Below, piece after piece: positions 1-10,828 of a DNA stretch of 64,000 nucleotides. The DNA is from an uncultured Clostridium sp. GTDB taxonomy: Bacteria > Bacillota > Clostridia > TANB77 > CAG-508. The position numbers and the translations under genes are program-made. The DNA is taken from contig CATZPY010000001.1 of NCBI GenBank assembly GCA_958422985.1, positions 780 through 64,779 on the forward strand, written 5' to 3'. A model generated the notes under the pieces. That model was given only the letters and a program-made list of their open reading frames with translations. It ran no database searches and was not told the origin of the DNA. Every line of letters begins with the position of its first letter. The stretch's first letter is position 1.

Positions 1-1740
1 TTAAGAGAAGTAGCAAAAGAATTAATAGAATTATATGCAAAAAGACAAAAATCTAGAGGATATGCATTTTCAAAAGATACTCCTTGGCAACAAGAATTTG
101 AAAACAGCTTTATTTACCAAGAAACAGATGATCAACTAAGATGTATAGAAGAAATTAAAAAAGATATGGAAATGCAAAAGCCAATGGATAGATTGTTATG
201 TGGTGACGTTGGCTATGGAAAAACAGAAGTAGCAATTAGAGCAGCTTTTAAAGCTATAATGGATCAAAAACAAGTGGCATATTTAGTTCCGACTACAGTA
301 CTTGCAGACCAACAATATAAAAGTTTTAAAGAAAGAATGGAAGAATTTCCTGTTAATGTGGAAGTACTAAATAGGTTTAAAACAAAAAAAGAACAACAAG
401 AAATTATTAAAAAATTAAAATTAGGTGAAATAGATATTGTTATAGGAACACATAGAATTCTAAGTAAAGATATAGAATTTAAAGATTTAGGCTTGCTAAT
501 AATAGATGAAGAACACAGATTTGGTGTTAAGGATAAAGAAAAGATTAAAGAATATAAAAATAGCATAGATGTATTAACAATGACAGCAACACCTATCCCA
601 AGAACTTTGCATATGTCAATAGTTGGGGTAAGAGATATGTCTATAATATATGAGCCCCCACAAAACAGAAAACCTGTTCAAACATATGTATTAGAATATG
701 ATGAAGAAGTAGTAAAGGAAGCAATAACTAAGGAATTAGAAAGAGGTGGTCAGGTATTTTATTTGTTTAATAATGTAGAAGGAATAGAAAGAAAAGCAAA
801 TGAAATATTAACTTTAGTGCCAGAAGCAAAAGTAAGTTTTGCACATGGAAAAATGTCTGGTAATGAACTAGAAACAATAATGTTAGATTTTATTAATGGA
901 GAAACGAATGTATTAGTATGTACTACAATTTTGGAATCTGGAATAGATATTCCAAATGCCAATACTATAATTGTAGAAAATGCAGATAGGTTAGGCTTGG
1001 CACAACTATATCAAATAAGAGGAAGAGTTGGAAGAAGCGGTACACAAGCGTATGCATATATTACATATAAAAGGGATAAACTATTATCAGAAGTTGCAGA
1101 TAAAAGATTAAAAGCAATGAAAGAATTTACAGAGTTTGGGTCTGGGTTTAAAATTGCAATGAGGGATTTAGAAATAAGAGGAGCAGGAAGTATGCTTGGA
1201 GAAATTCAGCATGGACATATGGAACAAGTTGGATATGATACTTATTGTAATTTACTAGATCAAGTTATTAAAGAAATGAAAGATATACCACAAGAAGAGG
1301 AAAAAGATTTCCAAATAGACTTAAATGTTTCAAGTTATATTCCAAAAGAATATATATCAGATTCAAGCCAAAAAATAAAAATCTACCAAGATATTGCTTT
1401 ATGTAGAAATGAAGATGATGTGCAAAATATAATAGATGAAATGATAGATATTTATGGAGAAATGCCAAAACAAGTAGAGAACTTATTAAATATTGCAAGA
1501 ATAAAATTTATTGCAAAAAAGCTATATATTTTGAAAATTCAACAAAAGGCAAATGGAGTAGTATTTTCTTTTGATGGGGAGAGATTTAATTTTGATATTG
1601 TAGATAAATTGCTTAAAGAATATAAAAATAAAATTAAATTTTCACCTGGCAAAGAACCATATATTACATATAAAATTGAAGAATTATCAGATGATAAAAT
1701 TTTAAAAGAAATACAAAAGTTTTTAGATTTTTTATCTTAA
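1..1740 (+). CDS. mfd: Transcription-repair coupling factor Mfd, C-terminal part (5' end lies outside the window)
   Basis: Frame 1 is open from base 1. SF2 helicase motifs GDVGYGKTEVA, DEEHRFG, TATPIPRT and QLYQIRGRVGRS are followed by a TRCF-type C-terminal domain. Confidence 0.93.
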   Translation, partial: LREVAKELIELYAKRQKSRGYAFSKDTPWQQEFENSFIYQETDDQLRCIEEIKKDMEMQKPMDRLLCGDVGYGKTEVAIRAAFKAIMDQKQVAYLVPTTVLADQQYKSFKERMEEFPVNVEVLNRFKTKKEQQEIIKKLKLGEIDIVIGTHRILSKDIEFKDLGLLIIDEEHRFGVKDKEKIKEYKNSIDVLTMTATPIPRTLHMSIVGVRDMSIIYEPPQNRKPVQTYVLEYDEEVVKEAITKELERGGQVFYLFNNVEGIERKANEILTLVPEAKVSFAHGKMSGNELETIMLDFINGETNVLVCTTILESGIDIPNANTIIVENADRLGLAQLYQIRGRVGRSGTQAYAYITYKRDKLLSEVADKRLKAMKEFTEFGSGFKIAMRDLEIRGAGSMLGEIQHGHMEQVGYDTYCNLLDQVIKEMKDIPQEEEKDFQIDLNVSSYIPKEYISDSSQKIKIYQDIALCRNEDDVQNIIDEMIDIYGEMPKQVENLLNIARIKFIAKKLYILKIQQKANGVVFSFDGERFNFDIVDKLLKEYKNKIKFSPGKEPYITYKIEELSDDKILKEIQKFLDFLS

Positions 1741-1805
1741 AAGATATATTTATAAAAAAATGCAAAAGCTATATATAAAATATTATATATAGCTGGGAGG
1801 GAAAT

Positions 1806-2594
1806 ATGCAAATTATAACTAGTAAGGATAATGAAAACATAAAAAATATAAAAAAACTAAAAGAAAGAAAATATAGAGATTTAAACAATGAATATATAAT
1901 TGAAGGAATAAAAATAATAAAGGAAGCAATTAATGAAAAAGCTAATATTAAAAAAATTATAGTATGTGAAGAGTGTTTAGCTAATAATTTGTTAGATGAT
2001 AAATTATTATACGAAATTGCCAAATATGACTGTATTTATGTTACTAAAAAGATTTTTGAAACAATAACAGATGTTTCTAACCCCCAAGGGATTTTAGCAA
2101 TAGTAGAAAAGAATAATAAAAGAGAAATAAATTATAAGGAAGATATTATTATTGCATTAGATGGTATACAAGACCCAGGAAATTTAGGAACAATTTTAAG
2201 AACAATAGATAGTGCAAATTTAACACAAATTATAGTTTCAAAAGATACAGTAGATGCATATAACCAAAAAGTTGTAAGATCTACTATGGGAGCAATATTT
2301 AGAATAAATATAGTAGAAGTAGAAAACTTAAAGGAAACATTAAAAAATATAAAAAAACATAAATATAAAATAATGTGTACAGATTTAAGTGCAAATAAAA
2401 ATATATATGAAGCAGATTATAATAAAAAAATATTGGTAATAGGAAATGAAGCAAATGGTGTAACACAAGAAGTATTAGAACTTGCAGATGAGAAAATAAT
2501 TATTCCAATGTTAGGAAAGACAGAGAGTTTAAATGCTTCTGTAGCAACAAGTATTATTGTTTATGAATATATAAGAAAAAAATTAGGATATTAA
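1806..2594 (+). CDS. TrmH/SpoU-family RNA 2'-O-methyltransferase
   Basis: 262 aa. The C-terminal SpoU methylase fold shows motifs GNEANGV and IPMLGKTESLNASVATSI. RBS GGGAGGG lies upstream. Confidence 0.85.
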   Translation: MQIITSKDNENIKNIKKLKERKYRDLNNEYIIEGIKIIKEAINEKANIKKIIVCEECLANNLLDDKLLYEIAKYDCIYVTKKIFETITDVSNPQGILAIVEKNNKREINYKEDIIIALDGIQDPGNLGTILRTIDSANLTQIIVSKDTVDAYNQKVVRSTMGAIFRINIVEVENLKETLKNIKKHKYKIMCTDLSANKNIYEADYNKKILVIGNEANGVTQEVLELADEKIIIPMLGKTESLNASVATSIIVYEYIRKKLGY

Positions 2595-2595
2595 A

Positions 2596-2637
2596 AAATA
2601 AATAACAGATGTATTGTACATCTGTTATTTATTTTTG
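2596..2637. terminator. Bidirectional intrinsic terminator between convergent genes
   Basis: Near-perfect hairpin aaataaataacagatgta/tacatctgttatttattt, flanked by an A-run and a T-run. Confidence 0.7.
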
Positions 2638-2663
2638 ATAATAGGAATTTACTTTATTAAAAG

Positions 2664-3200
2664 CTATTCTTCGTCATTTAAAGCTTTCATTATTTTTGGA
2701 TATATTTCAGTTGCATTTGCTTTCCAATTGTCTACAATATTTTTTGCGTGTTCACTAGAACCAGCAAGTGTTCTTATTTCAAATACAGTTTCACCATTTT
2801 CTGTTATTTTGCAAAATATTTTATATGACTTATTGCTTTGAGGTTGATATTCTGCAGAAACAGAAACTTCGTTTTCTATAATATTTAGTTCATTTTTAAA
2901 GTTTTTATCCACTTTTAATTTTAAAATACCTGGAATCATGTCACCTGTTAGTTTTAGTGCCTCAATTCCTTTAGGTGTTATTTTATACAATGTGCTTTCA
3001 TCTAATTTTGTAGAAGTTACATATTCGGCAGATATTAAATCTAATAAAAATTGTTGAAAATAAAAATAATTTATATCTGTTATTGTTAAAACCAATTTTA
3101 AAAATTCATCATTAGTAATAGGCTTATCTATTTTATATAGAATATATAAAATTAAAGCTTTTAATTCTGCCATTGTATCTTTGTCAGATGATAGTTTCAT
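2664..3200 (-). CDS. DUF4364-family protein (putative winged-helix regulator)
   Basis: 178 aa. The N-terminal pattern LILYILYKIDKPITNDEFLKLVL...NYFYFQQFLLDL matches my recollection of DUF4364. RBS GGAGTG lies upstream. Confidence 0.65.
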   Translation of the reverse strand: MKLSSDKDTMAELKALILYILYKIDKPITNDEFLKLVLTITDINYFYFQQFLLDLISAEYVTSTKLDESTLYKITPKGIEALKLTGDMIPGILKLKVDKNFKNELNIIENEVSVSAEYQPQSNKSYKIFCKITENGETVFEIRTLAGSSEHAKNIVDNWKANATEIYPKIMKALNDEE

Positions 3201-3338
3201 TTATGTTCACTCCTTGTGTAATATATGATAAAGAAATTATAACACTAAATGACAAAAAATACTATTATAATTTTATAATAAATGTTATAATTTTAGTATG
3301 GTGTAAAATTTTTATAATTATATAGAAAGAAGAGTGCA

Positions 3339-3887
3339 ATGAAAAATTATTATGAAATTCTAGAAGTAGACCAAAAAGCTTCAAAAGAAGTAATAGAAAA
3401 AGCATATAAAGTTCTAGCTAAAAAATATCATCCAGACTTGCAAGAAGAGAAAAATAAAAAAAGAGCAGAAGAGAAAATTAAAAATTTAAATGAAGCATAC
3501 GAAATATTATCAGATGTAAATAAAAAAGCGAAATATGATGAAAAGCTTAAAAAAATTAAAGAAGATGAAGAAAGAAAAAGAGTAGTTCAACATAATGATT
3601 ATATTAATAGCATAAAAGGAGTTTATACGAACCAATACAATACGTATAAAAAAGAACAAGAACTAAGTAAAGAAGCAAATAATATATTAAGAAAAGAATA
3701 TAAAAAAGAGTTAAGAAAATTAAAAATGAACACTTTTTTAAGAAAGTTAAAAGCTATAGTTATAGTATTAGGCGCAATAGTTATAATATGCTTTATAATT
3801 TATAAAATTCCTGCAACAAATAAATGGATTAGAAATATAGTTGAAAATAATATAATATTAAAATCTATAATAGATGCAATAAGTTAA
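3339..3887 (+). CDS. J-domain (DnaJ-like) protein with a C-terminal TM anchor
   Basis: N-terminal J domain YYEILEV...[12 protein letters not shown] with the HPD motif. A Lys/Glu-rich linker follows, then a hydrophobic helix [17 protein letters not shown]. Confidence 0.8.
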   Translation: MKNYYEILEVDQKASKEVIEKAYKVLAKKYHPDLQEEKNKKRAEEKIKNLNEAYEILSDVNKKAKYDEKLKKIKEDEERKRVVQHNDYINSIKGVYTNQYNTYKKEQELSKEANNILRKEYKKELRKLKMNTFLRKLKAIVIVLGAIVIICFIIYKIPATNKWIRNIVENNIILKSIIDAIS

Positions 3888-3917
3888 AAAATATGGGTAT
3901 AATATAATAAATAAAAT

Positions 3918-3947
3918 TTGACAAATACTTATTATTAATAGTATAAT
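3918..3947 (+). promoter_or_regulatory. Sigma-A-type promoter of ldh
   Basis: TTGACA (3918-3923), an 18-nt spacer, then TATAAT (3942-3947). This puts the transcription start after the ORF-track ATG at 3948. Confidence 0.5.
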
Positions 3948-3986
3948 ATGAGGCTGAAAATAGATAAAAACGAAAGGAAGATTGTT

Positions 3987-4937
3987 ATGGTTGATAAAAG
4001 AAAAATTGTACTAGTAGGAACAGGGTTTGTAGGAATGAGTATGGCTTATTCTTTATTAAATCAAGGCGGAATTAATGAACTTGTATTAGTAGATGTTTTA
4101 AAAGATAAAGCAGAGGGAGAAGCAATGGATTTAGCACATGGTATGCCTTGTGCTCCAAGTGATATGATAATAAAGTCTGGTGACTATGAAGAGTGCAAAG
4201 ACGCTAATATAGTTGTTATAACAGCAGGTTTAGCTCAAAAACCAGGACAAACAAGATTAGAACTTGCTGCTGCAAATGCCAAGATTATGAAACAAATAAC
4301 AGAAAGTGTTGTTGCAAGTGGATTTAAAGGAATATTCTTAGTTGCAAGTAATCCAGTAGATTTAATGACATATGTAGTGAAAGAGGTTTCAGGATTTGAT
4401 AGTTCTAAAGTAATAGGATCTGGAACAGTTTTAGATACAGCGAGATTACGTTATTTATTAGGTAAATATCTTAAAGTATCTAGTAAAAATGTACATGCTT
4501 ATATAATGGGAGAACATGGAGACTCATCATTTGTACCATGGAACCATGCAAATGTTGGATGCAAAAAGATAAAAGAAATAATGGAAGATAATAAACATCC
4601 AATTTCAGATTTAGAAAAAATATACACAGAAGTACAACAAGCTGCATATGAAATTATAAATAGAAAGAAAGCTACTTATTATGGTATAGGTTTAGGACTA
4701 ACAAAAATAATAAAAGCAATATTAAATGATCAAAACGAAATAATGACTGTTTCAACATATTTAAATGGCGAATATGGTCAAAAAGATTTATATATTGGTG
4801 TACCAACAATTATAAATAGAAAGGGTGCAAGAGAAATATTAGAACTACAACTAGAAGGAGAAGAAAAAGAAAGATTCGAAAGTAGTTGCAAAACATTAAT
4901 TTCTATGAAAGAAGAAATAGATAAAGTAATAAAATAA
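3987..4937 (+). CDS. ldh: L-lactate dehydrogenase
   Basis: Rossmann motif KIVLVGTGFVGMS, and GEHGDS containing the catalytic His. RBS AAAGGAAG sits before the ATG at 3987, which lies inside the longer track ORF (3948). Confidence 0.9.
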   Translation: MVDKRKIVLVGTGFVGMSMAYSLLNQGGINELVLVDVLKDKAEGEAMDLAHGMPCAPSDMIIKSGDYEECKDANIVVITAGLAQKPGQTRLELAAANAKIMKQITESVVASGFKGIFLVASNPVDLMTYVVKEVSGFDSSKVIGSGTVLDTARLRYLLGKYLKVSSKNVHAYIMGEHGDSSFVPWNHANVGCKKIKEIMEDNKHPISDLEKIYTEVQQAAYEIINRKKATYYGIGLGLTKIIKAILNDQNEIMTVSTYLNGEYGQKDLYIGVPTIINRKGAREILELQLEGEEKERFESSCKTLISMKEEIDKVIK

Positions 4938-4944
4938 TATTGTT

Positions 4945-4991
4945 ATAGACATAAATTTTTAAATATTTAGAAATTTATGTCTATATTTTTT
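4945..4991 (+). terminator. Intrinsic terminator after ldh
   Basis: 14-bp stem atagacataaattt/aaatttatgtctat followed by a T-run. Confidence 0.75.
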
Positions 4992-5061
4992 AGCAAAAAA
5001 TTATAAATAAATAGAAATAGTAAAATTATATTAAAAATTACAAAAATATTACAAATATGTA

Positions 5062-5090
5062 TTGACTTACGAGTGTAGGCATTGTATAAT
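5062..5090 (+). promoter_or_regulatory. Near-consensus sigma-A promoter of the ribosomal superoperon
   Basis: TTGACT (5062-5067), a 17-nt spacer, then TATAAT (5085-5090). Confidence 0.55.
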
Positions 5091-5420
5091 AATAAGGCAT
5101 GAGTTTAGCGTTGAAGTAGAATGTGGCTACAAGTTAGTGAAAACTAATTTGGAGGGAACTTCTATGGAGTATGTCTTGGCTTAGACCGGGCGGTAAGTTA
5201 AGTTAGCTGTATGAATAATTTAGATAAAGCTAGTTTATATAGTAACTATATAAACTAGATAAGTTTAGAGAAATTCTAAATATAGCTACAATATACATAA
5301 TGCACTTATCCCAAGATTATCATGCCTACTTGGGTTTTTATATTGGTATTTCACAAAACACCAGGGTGCGTTTAAACTTGCCTAGGTACATTTAAATATT
5401 TTAAGGAGGGAAATTATACT
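5091..5420 (+). promoter_or_regulatory. Long structured 5' leader of rpsJ
   Basis: About 330 nt separate the promoter from the rpsJ ATG. It contains a perfect 13-bp hairpin (5230-5258) and a terminator-like hairpin cccaag/cttggg plus T5 (5310-5339). Confidence 0.4.
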
Positions 5421-5750
5421 ATGGCAACAACAAATCAAATGGTAGGAAGCGAAAAAATAAGAATAAGGTTAAAAGCTTATGATCACGTTATTTTAGATCA
5501 GTCTGCTGAAAAAATAGTAGATACTGCTAAAAAAACAGGAGCAAAAGTTTCTGGACCAATTCCACTTCCAACACAAAAAGAAGTTGTAACAATCTTACGT
5601 TCTCCACACAAATACAAAGATTCAAGAGAACAATTTGAAATGAGAACACATAAGAGAGTTATAGATATTCTTTATCCAACACAAAAAACTGTTGATAACT
5701 TAATGAAGTTAGATTTACCAGCAGGTGTTGATATAGAAATAAAATTATAA
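5421..5750 (+). CDS. rpsJ: 30S ribosomal protein S10
   Basis: [11 protein letters not shown] and GPIPLPT motifs. RBS AAGGAGGG. First gene of the canonical S10 order. Confidence 0.95.
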   Translation: MATTNQMVGSEKIRIRLKAYDHVILDQSAEKIVDTAKKTGAKVSGPIPLPTQKEVVTILRSPHKYKDSREQFEMRTHKRVIDILYPTQKTVDNLMKLDLPAGVDIEIKL

Positions 5751-5865
5751 AATAAAATAACGAAGCCAAGCTAGTTATAATGTAATTAGCCAATAGTTAA
5801 GTTAGTCGTAAACGCTTAAAGCAAAACGAATAACTTATACGGTGAAACGTATAGGAGGAAAGAAA

Positions 5866-6501
5866 ATGAAAAAAGGATTAATAGGAAAAAAAGTAGGAAT
5901 GACACAAATATTCGACGAAAAAGGAATGATCATTCCAGTAACAGTTATAGAAGCTGGTCCTTGTGTAGTATCACAAGTTAAAACAGTAGAAACTGACGGA
6001 TATAATGCAGTTCAATTAGGATTTGGAGAAGTTAAAGCACACAAAGTAAACAAACCAAAAGCTGGACACTTCGCAAAAGCTAATGTAGAAGCAAAAAAAC
6101 ATTTAAGAGAATTTAGATTAGAAGATGTTTCAAATGTAAAAGTTGGAGACGAAGTAAAAGCAGATACATTTGAACAAGGAGAAAAAATAGATGTTCAAGG
6201 AATTTCTAAAGGAAAAGGATTCCAAGGTGTTATAAAAAGACATGGACAACACAGAGGACCTATGGGACATGGTTCTATGTATCATAGAAGACCAGGTTCA
6301 ATGGGATCAACATCTACACCAGGTAGAGTTTTCAAAGGTAAAAAATTACCAGGACACATGGGTGTACAAAAAATAACTATCCAAAACTTAGAAATAATTA
6401 AAGTTGATATGGATAAAAACGTATTATTAGTAAAAGGAAGCGTTCCAGGACCAAAAGGAGCTATTCTAAAATTAAAATCAAGTGTAAAATCATGTAAATA
6501 G
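5866..6501 (+). CDS. rplC: 50S ribosomal protein L3
   Basis: [16 protein letters not shown]-terminus. The ATG at 5866 is preceded by RBS AGGAGGAAA. The track's GTG at 5842 would include that RBS. Confidence 0.93.
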   Translation: MKKGLIGKKVGMTQIFDEKGMIIPVTVIEAGPCVVSQVKTVETDGYNAVQLGFGEVKAHKVNKPKAGHFAKANVEAKKHLREFRLEDVSNVKVGDEVKADTFEQGEKIDVQGISKGKGFQGVIKRHGQHRGPMGHGSMYHRRPGSMGSTSTPGRVFKGKKLPGHMGVQKITIQNLEIIKVDMDKNVLLVKGSVPGPKGAILKLKSSVKSCK

Positions 6502-6519
6502 GAAGGGAGGAAAAGTACA

Positions 6520-7143
6520 ATGCCTAAAATAGATGTATATAATATGGAAGGTAAAAAAGTTAGCGATGTAGAATTAAACGATAACGTATTTGGAATTGAA
6601 CCAAATGAAGCAATAGTACATAGTGTATTAGTTAACTATTTAGCTAACCAAAGACAAGGAACACAAAGTACAAAAACAAGATCAGAAGTATCTGGTGGTG
6701 GTAGAAAACCATGGAGACAAAAAGGAACAGGTAGAGCAAGACAAGGTTCTATAAGAGCACCACAATGGGTAAAAGGTGGAATTGCATTAGGACCAAAACC
6801 ACGCTCATACAAATATACTGTTAATAAGAAAGAAAGAAGATTAGCAATACGTTCAGTATTAAGTTCAAAAGTTTTAGAAAACAATCTAGTTGTTTTAGAC
6901 AAAGCTGAAATGAAAGAAATAAAAACACAAGCTATGGTTAAAACTTTAGAAAACTTAAAAGTAACAGGAAAAACATTAATTTTATTACCAGAAAAAAATG
7001 AAAACGTACAAAAATCAGCAAGAAACATAAAAAATGTTAAAACAACATTAGTAAATACAATAAATGTTTATGATTTATTAAAATACAACAATTTAGTTGT
7101 AACTCTAGATGCTGTTAAGAAATTAGAGGAGGTGTACGCATAA
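6520..7143 (+). CDS. rplD: 50S ribosomal protein L4
   Basis: [20 protein letters not shown] motif. Operon position fits. Confidence 0.95.
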   Translation: MPKIDVYNMEGKKVSDVELNDNVFGIEPNEAIVHSVLVNYLANQRQGTQSTKTRSEVSGGGRKPWRQKGTGRARQGSIRAPQWVKGGIALGPKPRSYKYTVNKKERRLAIRSVLSSKVLENNLVVLDKAEMKEIKTQAMVKTLENLKVTGKTLILLPEKNENVQKSARNIKNVKTTLVNTINVYDLLKYNNLVVTLDAVKKLEEVYA

Positions 7144-7490
7144 TGAGACCAGAAGAAATAATAATTGCTCCAGTAATTACAGAAAAAAGTAATGATGGAT
7201 TAAACGAAGGAAAGTATACCTTTGAAGTAAACAGAAAAGCTACAAAAATAGATATTAAAAACGCTGTAGAAAAACTTTTTAATGTTAAAGTATTAAAAGT
7301 TAATACAATGAATGTAAATGGAAAACAAAAAAGAATGGGAAGATATGTTGGAAAAACATCTGACTGGAAAAAAGCTATTGTTACAATAGATACAAACCCA
7401 GAACAAAAAACATATTTAGCAAAAGGCGGAAAACAAACAAAAATATCTAAAAAATATAAAGATTCTATAGACGAATTTATGGGAGCTTAA
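7143..7490 (+). CDS. rplW: 50S ribosomal protein L23 (with a C-proximal insertion)
   Basis: [10 protein letters not shown]...KYTFEV motifs. TAATG overlap with rplD. 115 codons. Confidence 0.93.
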   Translation: MRPEEIIIAPVITEKSNDGLNEGKYTFEVNRKATKIDIKNAVEKLFNVKVLKVNTMNVNGKQKRMGRYVGKTSDWKKAIVTIDTNPEQKTYLAKGGKQTKISKKYKDSIDEFMGA

Positions 7491-7690
7491 AAGTTACCTG
7501 TACGAAACGAAGTGAGTTACAGATAACTTTGTAATCGAAAGAAGAGAGATTACGTTCAGGTGAGCTTAAGTATAATAAAGCGAATCTGAAAATAATAAAT
7601 TAATTATCTGGAAAGTACCAGGAAAATAAAGAATATCTGTATGTAGAGCAGGAAAAAATCTACAAATAAAAACAAGAAAGGATAGTAAAA

Positions 7691-8518
7691 ATGGGAGTAA
7701 AGAGATTTAAAGCATATACACCATCAAGAAGAAATATGACAGTTTCTGCATTTGATGAAATAACAAAAAAGACACCAGAAAAATCTTTATTAGCAAAGAA
7801 AAATGAAAAAGCAGGAAGAAACTCATATGGAAGAATTACTGTTAGACATCAAGGTGGAGGAAACAGACAAAAATATAGAATAATAGATTTTAAACGTATA
7901 AAAGACGATATGACAGCAACAGTTATAGGAATCGAATACGATCCAAACAGAAGTGCAAATATAGCATTAATCCAATATGAAGATGGAACAAAAGCATATA
8001 TATTAGCACCTTTAGGATTAAAAGATGGAGACAAAGTAGTATCTGGAAATAAAGTAGATATTAAACCAGGTAACTGTATGCCAATTGATTCTATACCAGT
8101 TGGTACAATGATTCATAATATAGAATTAAATCCAGGACAAGGTGGAAAATTAGTAAGAAGTGCAGGTCAAGAAGCACAACTTATGGCTAAAGAAGGTAAA
8201 TATGCACACGTAAGACTTCCTTCAGGAGAAATGAGATTAATCTTAACAAGATGTAGAGCTACAATTGGAACAGTAGGAAATGCTGAACATGATACGATAA
8301 AAATTGGTAAAGCTGGAAGAAAAAGACACATGGGTTGGAGACCACAAGTTAGAGGATCTGTTATGAACCCAGTAGACCATCCACATGGTGGTGGTGAAGG
8401 TAGAGCACCAGTAGGACACGCAGGACCATTAACACCTTGGGGTAAACCAGCACTTGGATACAAGACAAGAAACAAGAAAAAGTTATCAAATAAATTCATA
8501 GTTAAGAGAAGAAAATAA
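7691..8518 (+). CDS. rplB: 50S ribosomal protein L2
   Basis: [13 protein letters not shown] and HPHGGGEGR motifs. Confidence 0.96.
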   Translation: MGVKRFKAYTPSRRNMTVSAFDEITKKTPEKSLLAKKNEKAGRNSYGRITVRHQGGGNRQKYRIIDFKRIKDDMTATVIGIEYDPNRSANIALIQYEDGTKAYILAPLGLKDGDKVVSGNKVDIKPGNCMPIDSIPVGTMIHNIELNPGQGGKLVRSAGQEAQLMAKEGKYAHVRLPSGEMRLILTRCRATIGTVGNAEHDTIKIGKAGRKRHMGWRPQVRGSVMNPVDHPHGGGEGRAPVGHAGPLTPWGKPALGYKTRNKKKLSNKFIVKRRK

Positions 8519-8540
8519 TCTTAAGAGGAGGGAAAAATAA

Positions 8541-8822
8541 ATGTCAAGATCAAGCAAAAAGAAACCTTATATACAAGAAAAACTTCTAAAGAGAATAGAA
8601 GAAATGAATGAGACAGGTAAAAAAGAAGTATTAAAAACATGGTCAAGAGCTTCTACAATATATCCTCAAATGGTTGGACATACAATAGCAGTTCATGATG
8701 GAAGAAAACATGTTCCTGTTTATTTAACAGAAGAGATGATAGGTCATAAATTAGGAGAATTCGCTCCTACAAGAACTTTTAAAGGTCATGCTGGAGATAA
8801 AAAATCTACAGTTAAGAAATAG
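8541..8822 (+). CDS. rpsS: 30S ribosomal protein S19
   Basis: [16 protein letters not shown] motif. RBS GAGGAGGG. Confidence 0.96.
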   Translation: MSRSSKKKPYIQEKLLKRIEEMNETGKKEVLKTWSRASTIYPQMVGHTIAVHDGRKHVPVYLTEEMIGHKLGEFAPTRTFKGHAGDKKSTVKK

Positions 8823-8844
8823 AAATTAACAAGGAGGGAAAAAA

Positions 8845-9198
8845 ATGCAAGAGGCAATTAATGAAGCAAGAGCACAATTAAAATTTGCTAGAATATCAGC
8901 TAGAAAAGTAAAAATAGTTGCAGATTTAGTAAGAGGTAAAAAAGTTGATGAAGCATTAGCTATAATGAAATTTACACCTAAAGCATCATCACCAATACTT
9001 GAAAAATTATTAAAATCAGCAATTGCTAATGCAGAAAATAATCATGATATGAGTCATGAAAAATTATATATATCTGAAATATATGCAAACCAAGGTCCAA
9101 CTCTAAAAAGAATTAGACCAGCTGCAAAAGGTTCAGCAGTAAGAATTAGAAAAAGAACAACACATATAACAATAGTATTAAGAGAATGTGAAGAATAA
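8845..9198 (+). CDS. rplV: 50S ribosomal protein L22
   Basis: [18 protein letters not shown] motif. RBS AAGGAGGG. Confidence 0.95.
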   Translation: MQEAINEARAQLKFARISARKVKIVADLVRGKKVDEALAIMKFTPKASSPILEKLLKSAIANAENNHDMSHEKLYISEIYANQGPTLKRIRPAAKGSAVRIRKRTTHITIVLRECEE

Positions 9199-9217
9199 GA
9201 GAGGAGGAATTTTAGAA

Positions 9218-9877
9218 ATGGGACAAAAAGTTAATCCACATGGTGTAAGAGTTGGAGTAATCAAAAACTGGGATTCAAAATGGTATGCAGATTCTAAAAA
9301 CTTTGGTGATTACTTAGTAGAAGATTACAACATTCGTAAAGTATTAAAGAAAAAATTATATGCAAGTGGAATTTCTAAAATTGAAATAGAAAGAACAGCT
9401 AAATTTGTTAAAGTAAGCGTTTTCACAGCTAAACCAGGATTAGTTATAGGAAAAGGTGGAAATTTAGTTGAAACTTTAAAAGAAGAATTACAAAAAATGA
9501 TAGGTAAAACTGTTAACTTAAATATAGTTGAAGTTAAAAATGTAGATATGGATGCACAATTAGTTGCAGAAAATATTGCAGGACAATTAGAAAGAAGAAT
9601 TTCATTTAGAAGAGCTATGAAACAATGTATGCAAAAAACAATGAAAGCAGGAGCTCAAGGAATTAAAACAGCAGTATCAGGAAGATTAGGTGGAGCTGAT
9701 ATGGCTAGAACAGAATTCTATAAAGATGGTACTATACCACTTCAAACATTAAGAGCTGACATTGACTATGGTTTTGCAGAAGCAAATACAACATATGGAA
9801 AAGTTGGTGTAAAAGTTTGGATATATAAAGGAGAAGTTCTTCCAACTAAGAAAAACGTGGAAGGAGGAGAAGCGTAA
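9218..9877 (+). CDS. rpsC: 30S ribosomal protein S3
   Basis: [14 protein letters not shown]-terminus at the ATG 9218, preceded by GAGGAGG. The track start at 9188 overlaps rplV. Confidence 0.95.
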   Translation: MGQKVNPHGVRVGVIKNWDSKWYADSKNFGDYLVEDYNIRKVLKKKLYASGISKIEIERTAKFVKVSVFTAKPGLVIGKGGNLVETLKEELQKMIGKTVNLNIVEVKNVDMDAQLVAENIAGQLERRISFRRAMKQCMQKTMKAGAQGIKTAVSGRLGGADMARTEFYKDGTIPLQTLRADIDYGFAEANTTYGKVGVKVWIYKGEVLPTKKNVEGGEA

Positions 9878-10320
9878 TGCCATTAATGCCAAAAAGAACA
9901 AAATATAGAAAACAACAAAAAGGTAGAAATAGAGGAAAAGCAACAAGAGGAACTAAAGTAACAAATGGAGAATACGGAATTCAAGCTTTAGAAGCTGGAT
10001 TAATAACAGGAAATCAAATAGAAGCAGCACGTATTGCTATGACACGTTATATTAAAAGAGGTGGAAAAGTTTGGATAAAAATATTCCCAGACAAACCAAT
10101 TACTAGTAAACCAGCCGGAACTCGTGGTGGTAAAGGTAAAGGTGCTGTAGAATATTATGTAGCTCCAGTAAAACCAGGAAGAATTATGTTCGAAATAGCT
10201 GGAGTTCCTGAAGCAACAGCAAGAGAAGCTTTAAGACTAGCTATGAATAAATTATCTGTAAAATGTAAATTCGTAGCAAAAGAATCTGAAGATAAGGTGG
10301 GTGATAGCAATGAAGATTAG
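9877..10320 (+). CDS. rplP: 50S ribosomal protein L16
   Basis: [14 protein letters not shown] motif. TAATG overlap with rpsC. RBS AAGGAGGAG. Confidence 0.95.
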   Translation: MPLMPKRTKYRKQQKGRNRGKATRGTKVTNGEYGIQALEAGLITGNQIEAARIAMTRYIKRGGKVWIKIFPDKPITSKPAGTRGGKGKGAVEYYVAPVKPGRIMFEIAGVPEATAREALRLAMNKLSVKCKFVAKESEDKVGDSNED

Positions 10321-10516
10321 TAAAATAAAAGAAATGTCTTCACCAGAACTAGAAAAAGAATTATCTGAATTAAAAACAGAATTATTTAAATTAAGATTTA
10401 GTTTAGCTACACATGGATTAGACAATCCAATGAGAATTAAAGAAGTAAGAAAAGACATAGCAAGAATAAACACAGTTTTAACTGAAAGAAAATTAGCTGA
10501 AAGCAAAAATGCTTAG
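10310..10516 (+). CDS. rpmC: 50S ribosomal protein L29
   Basis: [16 protein letters not shown] motif. ATG at 10310, downstream of AAGGTGGG. Confidence 0.92.
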   Translation: MKISKIKEMSSPELEKELSELKTELFKLRFSLATHGLDNPMRIKEVRKDIARINTVLTERKLAESKNA

Positions 10517-10531
10517 AAAGGAGAAGTTCTA

Positions 10532-10795
10532 ATGGAAGAAAGAAATCTTCGTAAAGTTTTAATTGGAACAGTTGTATCTAACAAAATGGATAAAACAATC
10601 GTAGTTGCAGTTGAAACAAGTGAAAAACATAAAAAATATGGAAAATTCGTAAAGAAAACATATAAATTAAAAGCTCATGATGAAAATAATGACTGCCAAA
10701 TTGGAGATAAAGTAAAAGTAATGGAAACTAGACCACTTTCTAAAGATAAAAGATGGAGATTAGTTGAAATTTTAGAAAAAGCAGTTATAAAATAA
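10532..10795 (+). CDS. rpsQ: 30S ribosomal protein S17
   Basis: [19 protein letters not shown] motif. Confidence 0.95.
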   Translation: MEERNLRKVLIGTVVSNKMDKTIVVAVETSEKHKKYGKFVKKTYKLKAHDENNDCQIGDKVKVMETRPLSKDKRWRLVEILEKAVIK

Positions 10796-10828
10796 CTTAT
10801 AATAGAAGAAAAGGAGGTACTAACTAAC

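Noticed and set aside
3948-3986. Upstream ATG giving a 13-aa N-terminal extension of Ldh.
   Set aside because: The predicted promoter -10 (3942-3947) would place the transcription start at or after this ATG. The ATG at 3987 has an RBS and gives the canonical Ldh N-terminus.
5164-5184. Mini-ORF MEYVLA* behind a GGAGGG in the rpsJ leader, as a possible leader peptide.
   Set aside because: It is too short and has no feature (such as regulatory codons) linking it to the downstream hairpins. It cannot be supported from sequence alone.
5195-5805. Shared 11-mer AGTTAAGTTAG in the rpsJ leader (5196-5206) and the rpsJ-rplC spacer (5795-5805), as a possible r-protein operator.
   Set aside because: A single 11-nt A/T-rich match is expected by chance many times in 64 kb of this composition. 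No supporting structure similarity was found.
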